From IMG/VR virus record IMGVR_UViG_3300034374_008984, positions 1-64,000 of that record: a DNA stretch of 64,000 bases. The stretch is one strand, 5' to 3'. The DNA is from a virus. Below are positions 39,665-49,817 of this stretch, in pieces (within the stretch, counting starts at the first letter, position 1; every line of letters begins with the position of its first letter). A program made the translations under genes and the position numbers. The notes below the pieces were generated by a model that was not told the origin of the DNA, searched no databases, and was given only the letters and a program-made list of their open reading frames with translations.

Positions 39665-41023
39665 ATGGCACTTTCAATTCCAAGTCTGGCCAGTAACCTT
39701 CAAGTCCAAGCACTTGTTGACTGGAACGACATCAGCAAAGTCAAGTACCTCACGAGGTCTTCTTGCAAATTCCTTGAGGACATCGTAGCCCTCAATGTGA
39801 ACATTCCCAACGCATCTCAGTCGATTGACGTACTTGAGTACCGCGAGAGCTTCCTTGATGACGACCGCATCGTGGCCGACATCACTCAGGTTACCGCAGG
39901 TGCCACAAGCGTCACCGTTGACCTTGCACCGTACAACGGCAACCCCGTTCAGTACATCCGCGTGAACACCCTTATGTTTGGCAACAACAAAGCCTTCCAA
40001 GGTCGCGTTGTTCAGGCCACCCCGGGCCAAATCGTTCTTGAGCCTCATGCAGGTGCTACTGTGGCACAGCTTGCGGGTTCCCTTGTCGTGGGTCAGCAGG
40101 TAAACGGTCGCGGTATTTTCGTACCGTATGCCAACTCATCCGGTGTGACAGGCATCAAGCGCGTTCCAGATTGGCAGGTGAACTACCTGACAACCATGCG
40201 TGAGGGCAACGACCACAACCGCGTTGATTTCCGCAAGGAGCGCGTCAAGTACGTGGGCAAGTATTGGGAGGACGCCCAAGTTCATTTCACCCTCGAGCGT
40301 TTCCTGAAGGACATCGAGTACGACATGATCTACGGTCTCCCGTCCTTTGACCCCACAAACGAGACCTCTACGAACGGAGGTGTCGATTGGGCAATCCGCA
40401 ACAGAGGTGGTGTAGTGTTCGGTTTCTCAACACTTCCTGACCGCACAATGTTCCAAGATTGGCTCGACACGGTGGCGAACCAAAGGTCATACACTCAGAA
40501 GCCTCGGAAATTGTACATCGGTCGTGCGCTTTACGCTCACATTGTCAACAACTTCGGAGTAGGGTTCACTGAGCAACTGACCCTTATGCAGCCTACTAAC
40601 GGTGTCATCGACCTGAATCCTGACATGATCAAGATAGGTGGTCACACTGTTGAATTGGTGTACGCCCCAGGTCTGTTCCAAGATCCTACCTACGACACCG
40701 CGCCCACTCAGATACCCGGTGCAACAGGTATGAAGAAGGAGTGGCAGGCGTACTTCATCGACCAAGACCCTGTTATGACTGTCGGAAGCGGTGAGGTTCC
40801 ATCCATTCAGCGACTCCACTACGGAGAGAGCCCATTCTATGCCGTAGTCGGTAAGGGTATCGGTGATTTCCCTGTTGGAATGCCTGTCACGTCCGACATT
40901 GTTGCGGACAACTTCGGCCAGCCCATGGACATGCAGGACCGCACCACGATACAGTTCATGTATCACGGTGGCGTCAACATGACCACAGGCAAGTACTCAG
41001 GATGGTTCGGTGCCACCATCTAA
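39665..41023 (+). CDS. Major capsid protein
   Basis: 452 aa; position after portal and scaffold; strongly biased codons; E..MIYG...TNGGV motif of HK97-fold capsids. Confidence 0.8.
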   Translation: MALSIPSLASNLQVQALVDWNDISKVKYLTRSSCKFLEDIVALNVNIPNASQSIDVLEYRESFLDDDRIVADITQVTAGATSVTVDLAPYNGNPVQYIRVNTLMFGNNKAFQGRVVQATPGQIVLEPHAGATVAQLAGSLVVGQQVNGRGIFVPYANSSGVTGIKRVPDWQVNYLTTMREGNDHNRVDFRKERVKYVGKYWEDAQVHFTLERFLKDIEYDMIYGLPSFDPTNETSTNGGVDWAIRNRGGVVFGFSTLPDRTMFQDWLDTVANQRSYTQKPRKLYIGRALYAHIVNNFGVGFTEQLTLMQPTNGVIDLNPDMIKIGGHTVELVYAPGLFQDPTYDTAPTQIPGATGMKKEWQAYFIDQDPVMTVGSGEVPSIQRLHYGESPFYAVVGKGIGDFPVGMPVTSDIVADNFGQPMDMQDRTTIQFMYHGGVNMTTGKYSGWFGATI

Positions 41024-41050
41024 TCTCTCACATCCAAAAACTCAGAAAAA

Positions 41051-42094
41051 ATGGATCAGATTTTTGTAATCAACACAGTACAGGCCGCAGCAGCGGACCT
41101 GTCAACACCGGGCCAAGGCAAGGTTCTCGTAACAGGGGACACCAAAGGCTTCATCCGCGAGGACGTGGACAGTATCTCGGTACTGCCACACAAAGCGGAG
41201 ACGAGTCAGATTGTCGATGTGACAGCCACTGCTTCGCCTGCGGCAAACACCGAATACAGTTTTCGGATTGTGCAGAACGTGGACGAAGTGCAGGTGATTC
41301 GTGCTGTTCACTACAAGACAGGCGCAAGCGCTCCGAACGCATCCGCTTTTGGAACCGCCCTTGCAGCAGCAGCTCAGGCCGTTGCTGACGAAGGTGGTCT
41401 TCAAATCTCTGTAGCTGCCATCACAAGCGGCAATGGAGGGGTGAAAATCGAGGGTGCGTCAGGCTACCCGCTTGTAAGTGTTGTTCAGCAAAGCATCAAC
41501 CTGACCGTAGCGGCAGGTCTTGTAACGACAGGAGGTGTAACACGGCCGATTATCAGCACAGGCAACCTCGCTGTTGTCAGCGGACTCACCTTAAAGTTTG
41601 GACAGAGCACAACGGCAGCCTTCGAGGTTGGCCAGACGCTTTATCTGAGCGGATGGAACTCGGCCTATGTCATTAACGGCAAGTCTGATGTCGAGGGAAC
41701 ATACGTGCGTGTTTCCGCTATCAGCGCGAACACCCACGTTGAGTTCATTGCTGAGTCTGTGTCAGGTACCATTGGAACGGCCACTACCGACCTGTCCATC
41801 ATCCCGCAAGAGGCCGCAGGAACAGCCGCAGTATTGGCTGAGAGAGCAATCACAGGCGGTGGAAACCCCAACGTGAACATCGACAACACCGAGGTTTACC
41901 ACGAGGTTGTAGTGTCAGGTGGGCAAAAAGCCGGTCAGTCCAAGCAACAGAAAGACCTCGCACCAATCGTGAAGAGGTACTTCATTGCCGACTCCGCTTC
42001 CATTGCTAACGCGAACGACCTCTTGGTGCGCTTTAAGCAGGTCAACAACTGGCTTGCGGCAGGTGGCTCATTCGACCCGCTCCTTCTCAGTTAA
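41051..42094 (+). CDS. Putative auxiliary capsid (decoration) protein
   Basis: Ala/Val/Thr/Gly-rich, follows the MCP, followed by a terminator. Confidence 0.6.
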   Translation: MDQIFVINTVQAAAADLSTPGQGKVLVTGDTKGFIREDVDSISVLPHKAETSQIVDVTATASPAANTEYSFRIVQNVDEVQVIRAVHYKTGASAPNASAFGTALAAAAQAVADEGGLQISVAAITSGNGGVKIEGASGYPLVSVVQQSINLTVAAGLVTTGGVTRPIISTGNLAVVSGLTLKFGQSTTAAFEVGQTLYLSGWNSAYVINGKSDVEGTYVRVSAISANTHVEFIAESVSGTIGTATTDLSIIPQEAAGTAAVLAERAITGGGNPNVNIDNTEVYHEVVVSGGQKAGQSKQQKDLAPIVKRYFIADSASIANANDLLVRFKQVNNWLAAGGSFDPLLLS

Positions 42095-42116
42095 GGATAG
42101 GGATTGTCTTTCAAAG

Positions 42117-42152
42117 AAAGAGGAGAGCATTAAGTTGTTCTCCTCTTTTTTT
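42117..42152 (+). terminator. Intrinsic terminator
   Basis: AAAGAGGAGA/TCTCCTCTTT stem with T run; promoter box TACCTTTG follows at 42156. Confidence 0.8.
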
Positions 42153-42202
42153 ATATACCTTTGCCAAAGTAATCAGTCAATCATCTTAATTACCAAAACA
42201 AA

Positions 42203-43330
42203 ATGGCATCACAACAATCAATCATCAATGACCGGGACGTAATCCTTCGTATCGGCTACAATGGGGTCATCACAGGTACAACCGACAACCCCATCTGCCA
42301 AAACCTTGCAGCATCCAATCCTGACGGAACAGTAGATGTGCTTGTTGACGGGTGGAGAGTGACAACGGTGAAATACGACACTGACGAGGATAGGAAAAAT
42401 GCGGCCACATTAAAATCTTTCGTCCTTAAGGTCACCCGCAGGTCTCCCAATGTTGTCATCAAGCGTCAGGACGGCCTGTCCGACACTCAAATCAAGCAAG
42501 TGGTCGGCCTGCTTGAGCGCTGCGGTGCGTTCCTCAATATGAATGACACCAATCAATGGGACCCCGTATTGGACCAAGCGGTAGGCCCCAACGCGAACCG
42601 TCCATGGTTCTATCAGGACATGACCAAGGCAAGGAAAGCGAAGATGAACTCCTCTATGGAAACCATCGCCATCAACGAAGCCCTTGTCGGAATGTACGAT
42701 GACATCGCCAAGATGCGTGACGCTCTGTTCCTCATCGGTCAACGCCCCCTCACAAGCGACTCAGAGGAGGACCTGAAATTCGCCCTGTATCAGGAACTCA
42801 TCGAAGGAAACAACTTCAACAGTCGCAAGAAGTTCCTTGAGATGTTCGTCCACAAAGGACTGTCCCCCGCGCAGCTTGATGCGAAAAAGTGGTTCGAGAA
42901 GGGCAGGTCATACGGACTCATCACAAACAACAGCGGAGTGTTCGTCTCTGGAACAGACAGGCTCGGTATGACCGAGGATGATGCCATCGAGTGCATCATG
43001 AACAGGGACGACATCCGAGGGTTCCTCATCAGTTCCATCAGTGCGAAGTCACACATGGAGGAGGATAAGAAGGCAGCAGCAGAGGTTATCCGCAAGGCCA
43101 ACGGGGAGAATGTCTCTGAAGGCGTTGTTGATGAGCAGGTGGGAATCGCCTACATCAAGAACCTTGCGAAGGACAAAGCTATTGCGGTGAATCCCGGCCC
43201 GATGTTCGGCAAGTGCAAGACCCTTGCGGATGCTGTGAAGGTGTACAACGCGAAGCTGAAAGAGGCCAACCTTCCCAACCCTGTATTCCTCTCAGAGGAA
43301 CTCGTGTTGGAGGAGATCAAAGCGAAATGA
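42203..43330 (+). CDS. Hypothetical protein of the head module
   Basis: 375 aa with its own promoter. Confidence 0.75.
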   Translation: MASQQSIINDRDVILRIGYNGVITGTTDNPICQNLAASNPDGTVDVLVDGWRVTTVKYDTDEDRKNAATLKSFVLKVTRRSPNVVIKRQDGLSDTQIKQVVGLLERCGAFLNMNDTNQWDPVLDQAVGPNANRPWFYQDMTKARKAKMNSSMETIAINEALVGMYDDIAKMRDALFLIGQRPLTSDSEEDLKFALYQELIEGNNFNSRKKFLEMFVHKGLSPAQLDAKKWFEKGRSYGLITNNSGVFVSGTDRLGMTEDDAIECIMNRDDIRGFLISSISAKSHMEEDKKAAAEVIRKANGENVSEGVVDEQVGIAYIKNLAKDKAIAVNPGPMFGKCKTLADAVKVYNAKLKEANLPNPVFLSEELVLEEIKAK

Positions 43331-43331
43331 C

Positions 43332-43733
43332 ATGGAGCAGCAAGCCATAAACAACCGCGCCAGCGAGATTCAATCTCTGTTTGAGTCCGAGAATCTGTTT
43401 GTGACCACACTCAATACTCAAGGTTACCATGACCTGATCCCAAGGATAGGAGGGCAGTTTGCCCCGCTTTACGAAGCATTGGGGTTGGGCCACATAGAGG
43501 GGTCGAGAAAAAAGACCATCATGGGATATGATGGGTTCGGATTCTACGCATTTACCAACGCGACAGAAGAAGAGGCACCTTTATTCCATGAAAGGAACAT
43601 GGTGTCTTCAAGGAAATTTGGAAAAGTGATCCCCGCAAAGGACTTCGACTATACCCACGCTCAGATTCTCTGCGAGAAGCACCGATACCAAGGATTCGCC
43701 CTGACACTTGCCAAAGCAGAGCTTCAGGATTAG
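43332..43733 (+). CDS. Hypothetical protein
   Basis: 133 aa, coupled to the previous gene. Confidence 0.65.
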   Translation: MEQQAINNRASEIQSLFESENLFVTTLNTQGYHDLIPRIGGQFAPLYEALGLGHIEGSRKKTIMGYDGFGFYAFTNATEEEAPLFHERNMVSSRKFGKVIPAKDFDYTHAQILCEKHRYQGFALTLAKAELQD

Positions 43734-43759
43734 ACAGTCACCCTTTTCGTTTACATGCC

Positions 43760-43801
43760 GAAGGGCCACGGGGAACGCATCCTTCCGTGGCCCTTCTCTT
43801 T
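43760..43801. terminator. Terminator between convergent units
   Basis: 12-bp stem GAAGGGCCACGG/CCGTGGCCCTTC. Confidence 0.7.
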
Positions 43802-44097
43802 GCGCTCTATCTGGAAGAACGCCAACCCCCGATTCCCGCCCATCAGCCCTACATGAACGCTATTACCAAAAAGCGCGAAGAGGAGGCCATCATAGCTGAA
43901 ATTGCCTGGGCGGGCATCTACCAATCTCACTCCTTAGGAAGGGAGTGCGCCTTGTCCCTCTTCGGGGATAAAGTTACGGTAGCCGCGACAAGATCTCACA
44001 GGCGCAGTATATCCCTACGAACACCCCTACAAGCATGCTCGGTATGGCAATCTCCTCGGGGAGATAGATGTTGTATTCCTTGCGTGGTTTTTTCATG

Positions 44098-44712
44098 TCA
44101 GAACAGTGTGAGTTGGGATTTGAACTCGCGGTATCTTTTTTCTTGTGCCGCCCAATAGTCAGGGTCAAGTTCTGCACCGATGAAATCCAACCCAGCGCGA
44201 TGGGCTGCAATGCGGGATGAACCGCTGCCGACAAAAGGGTCTAAGATGGTGTCGCCTTCCTTGGCGTAGTGGTGTAGAATCCAATCATATAAAGCAGTCG
44301 GCTTTTGTGTAGGATGGATTTTTCCGTTTGTGTAAGCCTCAACGCGGCTCATTCTAAATGCCTTACTTGAACTACCAAAAGATGTCCAAGCTAATTCAAA
44401 GTCAGCACCGCTAAACTCTTGCACCTTATCCCAAATTAAGTTGCATCTTGTAGGTGGCAGCGCAAAATAGTTGCCACCCCAAATTATTTGGTTTTTTGAA
44501 ACCCTAAACATTTCCAAAATAACCTCGTCAGATGGCAACACGTCCCAATCAACATGCCTAATATCTCTGACAAACTTTGATCCTCGTTTTTGTCCGCTCA
44601 ATAAACTGTGACCTATGCCATACGGAGGGTCGGCTATACAAAGACTGAAATACTTATCAGGATACCCCCGCATCAATTCCATGCAGTCCATTAAATGCAC
44701 CTCGTTTTTCAT
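44098..44712 (-). CDS. N6-adenine DNA methyltransferase, beta class
   Basis: DPPY, HPTQKP, DPFVGSGS; paralog of 35002-35715. Confidence 0.9.
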   Translation of the reverse strand: MKNEVHLMDCMELMRGYPDKYFSLCIADPPYGIGHSLLSGQKRGSKFVRDIRHVDWDVLPSDEVILEMFRVSKNQIIWGGNYFALPPTRCNLIWDKVQEFSGADFELAWTSFGSSSKAFRMSRVEAYTNGKIHPTQKPTALYDWILHHYAKEGDTILDPFVGSGSSRIAAHRAGLDFIGAELDPDYWAAQEKRYREFKSQLTLF

Positions 44713-45209
44713 GTCTCCGTGTATTTCTCAATCTGTCCAAGTATCCATTCCCTATCGAACTTCACACCGCTCTGCTGCATAAAATCCATGTGAGTGGCAT
44801 AGAGCATGGCCATGTACTGAGTCTTGTCCCCGTACTCGGTATGCTCCTCCCTTGTGAGCCCCATCAGGTTTTCAATCCGGTCGCACAGTTTTGAGGACCC
44901 CATACCCCTTGCCTCTATGTGATGCACGTCCTGACACCTCTGCCCGGACATCTCGGAGGGAATGAAGTCAGTGTCCCCGTATCCGAATGCCGCCATGTAG
45001 ATGGCCGTGTGCAGGGGTTTCCCATTAACCCTCGGCTTGGGTTTCGTTTTCAGGGCCGCTGCGCGGGGTATAAGGCTCGGCCCCCCCTTCAAGGAGGCCT
45101 CCTTCTCGCGTCCGCAGCAGTCCTTGCAGCGGGGCGGGTTGGCCTTCCAGATGTAGGTCATCTGATTGCACCCTGAGCAGAGTTTCCGTTTGGGTTGGAG
45201 GCCGTTCAT
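44709..45209 (-). CDS. Zn-finger plus HNH-like nuclease-domain protein
   Basis: CxxC...CxxC; DVHHI..RGMG...NLMGL.REEH. Confidence 0.65.
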   Translation of the reverse strand: MNGLQPKRKLCSGCNQMTYIWKANPPRCKDCCGREKEASLKGGPSLIPRAAALKTKPKPRVNGKPLHTAIYMAAFGYGDTDFIPSEMSGQRCQDVHHIEARGMGSSKLCDRIENLMGLTREEHTEYGDKTQYMAMLYATHMDFMQQSGVKFDREWILGQIEKYTET

Positions 45210-45640
45210 TGCTTGTTGTCTGCTATCCATTTCACTGCAATGTCCACCTCTTTCATGTTGCTCGGAAGGAACAATTCAGGATGTTGGTCGGTGACCTTCA
45301 AGTGCCTCTTGAACAGTTTCCACCTCATAGGGAACAATTCATTGGCCCGCCCCTTTACCTCTATCACCCAAGTCATATCAGGGCAAGTGAAGTCAGGCTT
45401 GTATGTGATAGGGCGTATCCTGTCCTGTCTCGGAATGAACTTCTTACGAAGAGACTCCCACGAGGACACCGTTGCAGTGAATCCTTCAATAATAGTGAAC
45501 GACCTTTGCTCATACTCGAAGGGAACACCCGACTCTTTGAGCCTCTTGTATGTGTACGCCTCAAGACCAGACTGGAATTTTATGCCATCAACAAACGTCT
45601 TCTTGCTCGTTACAGGGCCTTTGCTTTTTCTCCTTATCAT
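45206..45640 (-). CDS. PD-(D/E)XK endonuclease (DUF1064 / T7 endonuclease I-like)
   Basis: DGIKFQSGLE, YKPDF, IEVKG. Confidence 0.8.
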   Translation of the reverse strand: MIRRKSKGPVTSKKTFVDGIKFQSGLEAYTYKRLKESGVPFEYEQRSFTIIEGFTATVSSWESLRKKFIPRQDRIRPITYKPDFTCPDMTWVIEVKGRANELFPMRWKLFKRHLKVTDQHPELFLPSNMKEVDIAVKWIADNKQ

Positions 45641-45646
45641 GGCTTT

Positions 45647-45850
45647 TCACATGTATTTCTCACACTCATTACACGCATAGATGACCCTGTGCATGGTCTC
45701 CTCTTCGCAGCACCCGCATTGCCTCACAAAGTCCAACCCCTTATACTCCTGAACAGCCTCCTCTATCTGTTCATCGGTCAGGTTGTTCAATAGGTCCCTA
45801 AGTGGGTATGTCGCTCCGCAGGACTCTTGTAGGAATTTCTCGAATGTCAT
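45647..45850 (-). CDS. Small Zn-ribbon protein
   Basis: CGCC...H....CNEC. Confidence 0.55.
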   Translation of the reverse strand: MTFEKFLQESCGATYPLRDLLNNLTDEQIEEAVQEYKGLDFVRQCGCCEEETMHRVIYACNECEKYM

Positions 45851-45856
45851 GGCTTT

Positions 45857-47131
45857 CTATCTCAATGTTTCTCCGTGGTAAAATTCCTGTTCTTTTAGAG
45901 GTACACCCGTAAGAATCCTGCCCCCAGAACCCGTTATCATTGGAAGCCCGTTCTTTGGGTCGAACTCAACTCTCAAATCCTCTATGCGTCCGAAAACGCC
46001 AAGATTGCCGCAGGCGTCAACAATCCATGCGTCTTGATTCTTGTATGGGCGTATAGCACGACCTGTCTGCTGATAATACTTTGCAAGGGATCGCATCGGC
46101 CTCGCTATTAAGACAACCTTTAACGCAGGATAGTCGAAGCCTACATCCCAAACGGAACAATTCACAACACTCCGAAGTTTCCCGCTCTTGAAATCCTTTT
46201 CAGCCTTGCTCCTCTCGGCCTTGCTCGTTTTTCCCGTCACCGTGGCACTGTTACCAAGTTCCCTCGACACGAACTCCGCGTCAGCGACAGACGACATGAA
46301 GCACAGCACCTGTTTCCCCGTAGCATTGATCCTGCGGATGAGCTTCACGATGTCAGTCTTGAAGTCAATCGTGTCGTAGTACCTCTGCAAGGCCGCTTCA
46401 TCGTAGTCCGCCCCCGTGGAGTTCACCTTCAAGGCATTCCTGTCGAACCCGTGACTGAGTTGGCTGCGGACATCGAAGTACCGGCAGTTAGCAAGGTACC
46501 CCCTTTCTTTCAAATCAGAAATCTGGACATGGTATCCGACCTTGCCGAATATCCTCGGAGACGTCCTTGTGAGGAACTTCAACATGGAGTCCCTGTTGCC
46601 GTCCCTGCTTGTGTGCGGGTATAGCCTGAATGGAGTAGCCGTCAACCCGAGAACCCTCGGATGGTTCAAAGCGTCAAGAAAATCCTTCAGTTGGCATCCT
46701 TTCGGGTCCGACATTAGATGAGACTCGTCTATGATGATGTTCCTATAATGAAGAAAGTGCTGCATCGATCGCTGCATCCCATTCCTGTCCTTCGCCATGA
46801 TACTTTGGATGGACGCGAACGTGACCACGCCAAGGTCCTTCCTGCCGACAGACGCAGAGTACACCCCCGCATGACCACCATAGGAGGTGAACTTCTCGTA
46901 GTTCTGTTGAAGAATCTCCTTGGAGGGTTGCAGGATGAGAGTCGGCTCTTTTAACCTCTCTGCAATACCCGCTATTATCAAGCTCTTGCCCGACCCTGTG
47001 GGATGCACCTGAATCTCATTCGGCCCCGAACTTCTGCTGAAAAAATCCAACCCAGAAACGATGCCCGCCTCCTGATAATCTCTCGGAACATACTTCACAG
47101 GTGGCTTTTCAAAATCGACAGCAGACTGCAT
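45857..47131 (-). CDS. Superfamily 2 (DExH, SSL2/UvsW-like) helicase
   Basis: PRDYQ, PTGSGKS, IDESH, TATP, GFD.P, Q..GR..R. Confidence 0.92.
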   Translation of the reverse strand: MQSAVDFEKPPVKYVPRDYQEAGIVSGLDFFSRSSGPNEIQVHPTGSGKSLIIAGIAERLKEPTLILQPSKEILQQNYEKFTSYGGHAGVYSASVGRKDLGVVTFASIQSIMAKDRNGMQRSMQHFLHYRNIIIDESHLMSDPKGCQLKDFLDALNHPRVLGLTATPFRLYPHTSRDGNRDSMLKFLTRTSPRIFGKVGYHVQISDLKERGYLANCRYFDVRSQLSHGFDRNALKVNSTGADYDEAALQRYYDTIDFKTDIVKLIRRINATGKQVLCFMSSVADAEFVSRELGNSATVTGKTSKAERSKAEKDFKSGKLRSVVNCSVWDVGFDYPALKVVLIARPMRSLAKYYQQTGRAIRPYKNQDAWIVDACGNLGVFGRIEDLRVEFDPKNGLPMITGSGGRILTGVPLKEQEFYHGETLR

Positions 47132-47220
47132 TCCTTACAAGGCATTAAAAAAGTTGTTTTAATTGAACAGGCGACAAGTATCCCTCGAACTGGCCGCCTT
47201 GTCAGATTCATCGAATCGGG

Positions 47221-47493
47221 TTACGGGCAGGTGTGCGTTCGGAAGTACCTGTCATAAACGCGGGTCCCTTTCTTTAAGGTTCTTTCCCTGACAAGGATGA
47301 CCCCGTGCTGAATCTTCTGTTCGAGGATGCCTATATGAGGCTTCCTTCGGTAGTACACCGCTTGCGGGGTCATCTCAATGCCTTTCTTCGCGAGGGCATC
47401 AATGTACTCCCGAGTGGTCATCCACCCGGTCTCCTTTCCGTCATTCAGAAGGGGGAAACCCTTGCCCTCGTGCTTTGTCGTGTATTTTGCCAT
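47221..47493 (-). CDS. Small probable DNA-binding protein
   Basis: 90 aa, basic, MTTREY...MTPQAVYYR; first gene after a minus-strand promoter. Confidence 0.55.
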   Translation of the reverse strand: MAKYTTKHEGKGFPLLNDGKETGWMTTREYIDALAKKGIEMTPQAVYYRRKPHIGILEQKIQHGVILVRERTLKKGTRVYDRYFRTHTCP

Positions 47494-47519
47494 GCTGTGA
47501 TTGAAAACTATTGACCCCG

Positions 47520-47593
47520 CAAATGTACATAGAAAAAATTTACCTCAAACACATGAAACCTGTTTTTTTATACGGATGAAGGAGTTACTTTTG
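47520..47593. promoter_or_regulatory. Divergent promoters
   Basis: TACATTTG on the minus strand (47520-47527); TACTTTTG on the plus strand (47586-47593). Confidence 0.7.
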
Positions 47594-47615
47594 TGGCATT
47601 CAAATAAATCAGCGC

Positions 47616-47903
47616 ATGAGCAACGAAAGGGTTTACAGCAGGAAAGTGTGGACAGGAAGAGGCTTCAAACAAAGGTCTGTCAAGGAGTCCGAGTTGACAG
47701 CTGAGGACGTGACCTATTACTTGGCAGAGCTTGGGAAGGCTTACAATGCGGCCCCGTTGGTGGTCAAGGAACTGTTCCTCGATGAGGCTGTCCCGAAGAT
47801 GAATGAGTTCAGAAGAAAACTCAGGGAGGAGGGCATCACGGAGGCCCTTGAATCGGATACTGTAGCAAAGGCCCTTGGAGGGGATAACGAAACGGTGAAC
47901 TGA
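47616..47903 (+). CDS. Hypothetical protein
   Basis: 95 aa. Confidence 0.7.
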   Translation: MSNERVYSRKVWTGRGFKQRSVKESELTAEDVTYYLAELGKAYNAAPLVVKELFLDEAVPKMNEFRRKLREEGITEALESDTVAKALGGDNETVN

Positions 47904-47949
47904 TGTTCAGCAAATAGTATCTTTGCCTTCCTAACGGCATCCCGAAGCA

Positions 47950-49044
47950 ATGACCACAGGAGCAGACCTCTACAACTTCCTACAGGACGGCATCGACCAA
48001 GCCTACTCGGGATACATGAACGAACCCCGCGCCAACGACCTGTTGCGCGAGGCCGAGATAAAGGTCGCTGAAAAGCACTACTCCACGAACAAGACGCAGA
48101 AGACCTCGGATGAGCTATCCCCTCTGACGGTACTTGATAGGTCTATCCCTGTTAGGGCCAACAGGTTCAGGACGCTTCCGTTCAGGGTCACCGCGCTTAC
48201 TGTTGTCGGTACCATTGCCAACATCACAGTGGACGCCCCTCACTCACTCCTTGTCGGTGACGCTGTCACCGTGGCCTCCGTGCAGGGATTTGCCCCGGGC
48301 ATTGATGGGCAGTACGTTGTGGCATCCATTGTCACTCCTACTCAGTTCACGATAGCAGTCCCCGCACAGACAGGTGCGTGGGCCACGGGAACGGGCAGCG
48401 TGACGACATCGTACATGATACCCGACATGGTACACCCGTTGGCGATTCGCCCGACATTCATCGCAAAGGAGCGAATGAGCATTGAGGACGTGGTTATCGG
48501 TGCAACTCCTTACCTGAAATTCAATCGTCCGAACTTCATCCGTGAGGATTCCCTCATTCGGGTAACAGGCGGCCTCGGTGTCGTGGGCCTCAACGGGGAC
48601 TTCTACTGTAAGTTCCGCAACAGGGTGTCCTACTACCTCTACACGGATGAGGCCCTGTCCGTCCCCGCAGTCCTGTCGGGAACCTATCAGGGGTCTGGGC
48701 AAGCAGTTCTCGTTGTAAAGGAACAGGCCACCGTGCTGAGGCCCGATGCGAGGATCTCATACAGCACACAGAACAGTGACGAGTGGACACCCAAGTTCGG
48801 GATCTCCGAGAACGGCATAAACCTGTATCCCAAAAGCAGGGTCTGCGAGAATGTCGAGGTGGACTACATGAAGCAGCCTCCCGTGACCATGGATGTGCTG
48901 AACACCGACATAGACCTTGAACTGTACTACACCTTCAAGTACCTCATGCGGATAAAGGATGAGGCCGTCAACATCTTCCTGTTGCAGATGAGGGAACTTC
49001 AAGTGGCACAGGCAGAGGTGGCAATGACGCAAATCAATCCTTAA
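47950..49044 (+). CDS. Putative tail ring / head-tail connector with inserted beta domains
   Basis: Helical N-terminus, VDYMKQP near the C-terminus, HSLLVGDAVTV..V.G...DG.Y.V insert; promoter box at 47918. Confidence 0.55.
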   Translation: MTTGADLYNFLQDGIDQAYSGYMNEPRANDLLREAEIKVAEKHYSTNKTQKTSDELSPLTVLDRSIPVRANRFRTLPFRVTALTVVGTIANITVDAPHSLLVGDAVTVASVQGFAPGIDGQYVVASIVTPTQFTIAVPAQTGAWATGTGSVTTSYMIPDMVHPLAIRPTFIAKERMSIEDVVIGATPYLKFNRPNFIREDSLIRVTGGLGVVGLNGDFYCKFRNRVSYYLYTDEALSVPAVLSGTYQGSGQAVLVVKEQATVLRPDARISYSTQNSDEWTPKFGISENGINLYPKSRVCENVEVDYMKQPPVTMDVLNTDIDLELYYTFKYLMRIKDEAVNIFLLQMRELQVAQAEVAMTQINP

Positions 49045-49061
49045 CCTAAATCAATCCCAAC

Positions 49062-49817
49062 ATGTACTTGTTCAAAGACAAAGACTCAAAACTTGCTTAC
49101 AGATTCTATCTGAAATCGTTCCACGAGGAGTCGGTGAAAAAAAAGGCATCAGATGTGCTCGAGGTGATACTGCGAGATTCGGGCCCGAGGGGATTTGAGT
49201 ATAAATACAGATGGGTGACCGAGGCGGATATTGCAGAGGCAATCCTGACAATGTGCCGAGAGGGAGTCTTTAACAAGGAGGAGTTGTCCAAAATAATCGA
49301 AGTAGATTTAGATGGCTTTGTAGCTACGAATCTTCTTTACGACATGGTGGTAAGGTTTCTCTATGAGCATGTAGCTAAAGACGTTGACGTGTTTGAAGAT
49401 TCTTTTTTCAGAAGGGTCTTCGACACAACAAGGTTTCTTGGAGGTGGTAAGTTAGCTGTTTCACCAGTAGGGCATCAAGAATGGATTGATGATATTGGCA
49501 TAGACGCAACCCCAAAAGACGTTGTAAAGTACATGGGCTTCAACAAGAATCAGGCAAAAAGAGTGATTGTTCTGCCTATTCACGATTCAACTTACAGGAT
49601 GTATGTCGTCACTGACCTTGACGAACTTAAAAACAAGTTCTCCAAAAGAAGGGTCTATTGTAAGTTTTCAGGAATGTCTTATTGCAAAAATTTTAACGGA
49701 CAAAAAGACGGGTGCATCTATCAAATAATGCACGACAAGAGGTCTCAGTTCAACATTGCATGGACTTATTCGCTGCTTCCCAATTCAACAACACCTGAAA
49801 TACCTTTGAAAAGATGA
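49062..49817 (+). CDS. AT-richer hypothetical gene inserted in the tail operon
   Basis: 251 aa, codon usage differs from neighbours. Confidence 0.65.
   Translation: MYLFKDKDSKLAYRFYLKSFHEESVKKKASDVLEVILRDSGPRGFEYKYRWVTEADIAEAILTMCREGVFNKEELSKIIEVDLDGFVATNLLYDMVVRFLYEHVAKDVDVFEDSFFRRVFDTTRFLGGGKLAVSPVGHQEWIDDIGIDATPKDVVKYMGFNKNQAKRVIVLPIHDSTYRMYVVTDLDELKNKFSKRRVYCKFSGMSYCKNFNGQKDGCIYQIMHDKRSQFNIAWTYSLLPNSTTPEIPLKR

Noticed and set aside
36063-41404. Long antisense ORFs over portal, scaffold and capsid genes (also 57437-58294)
   Set aside because: Shadow frames caused by codon bias of the sense genes; no motifs or leaders
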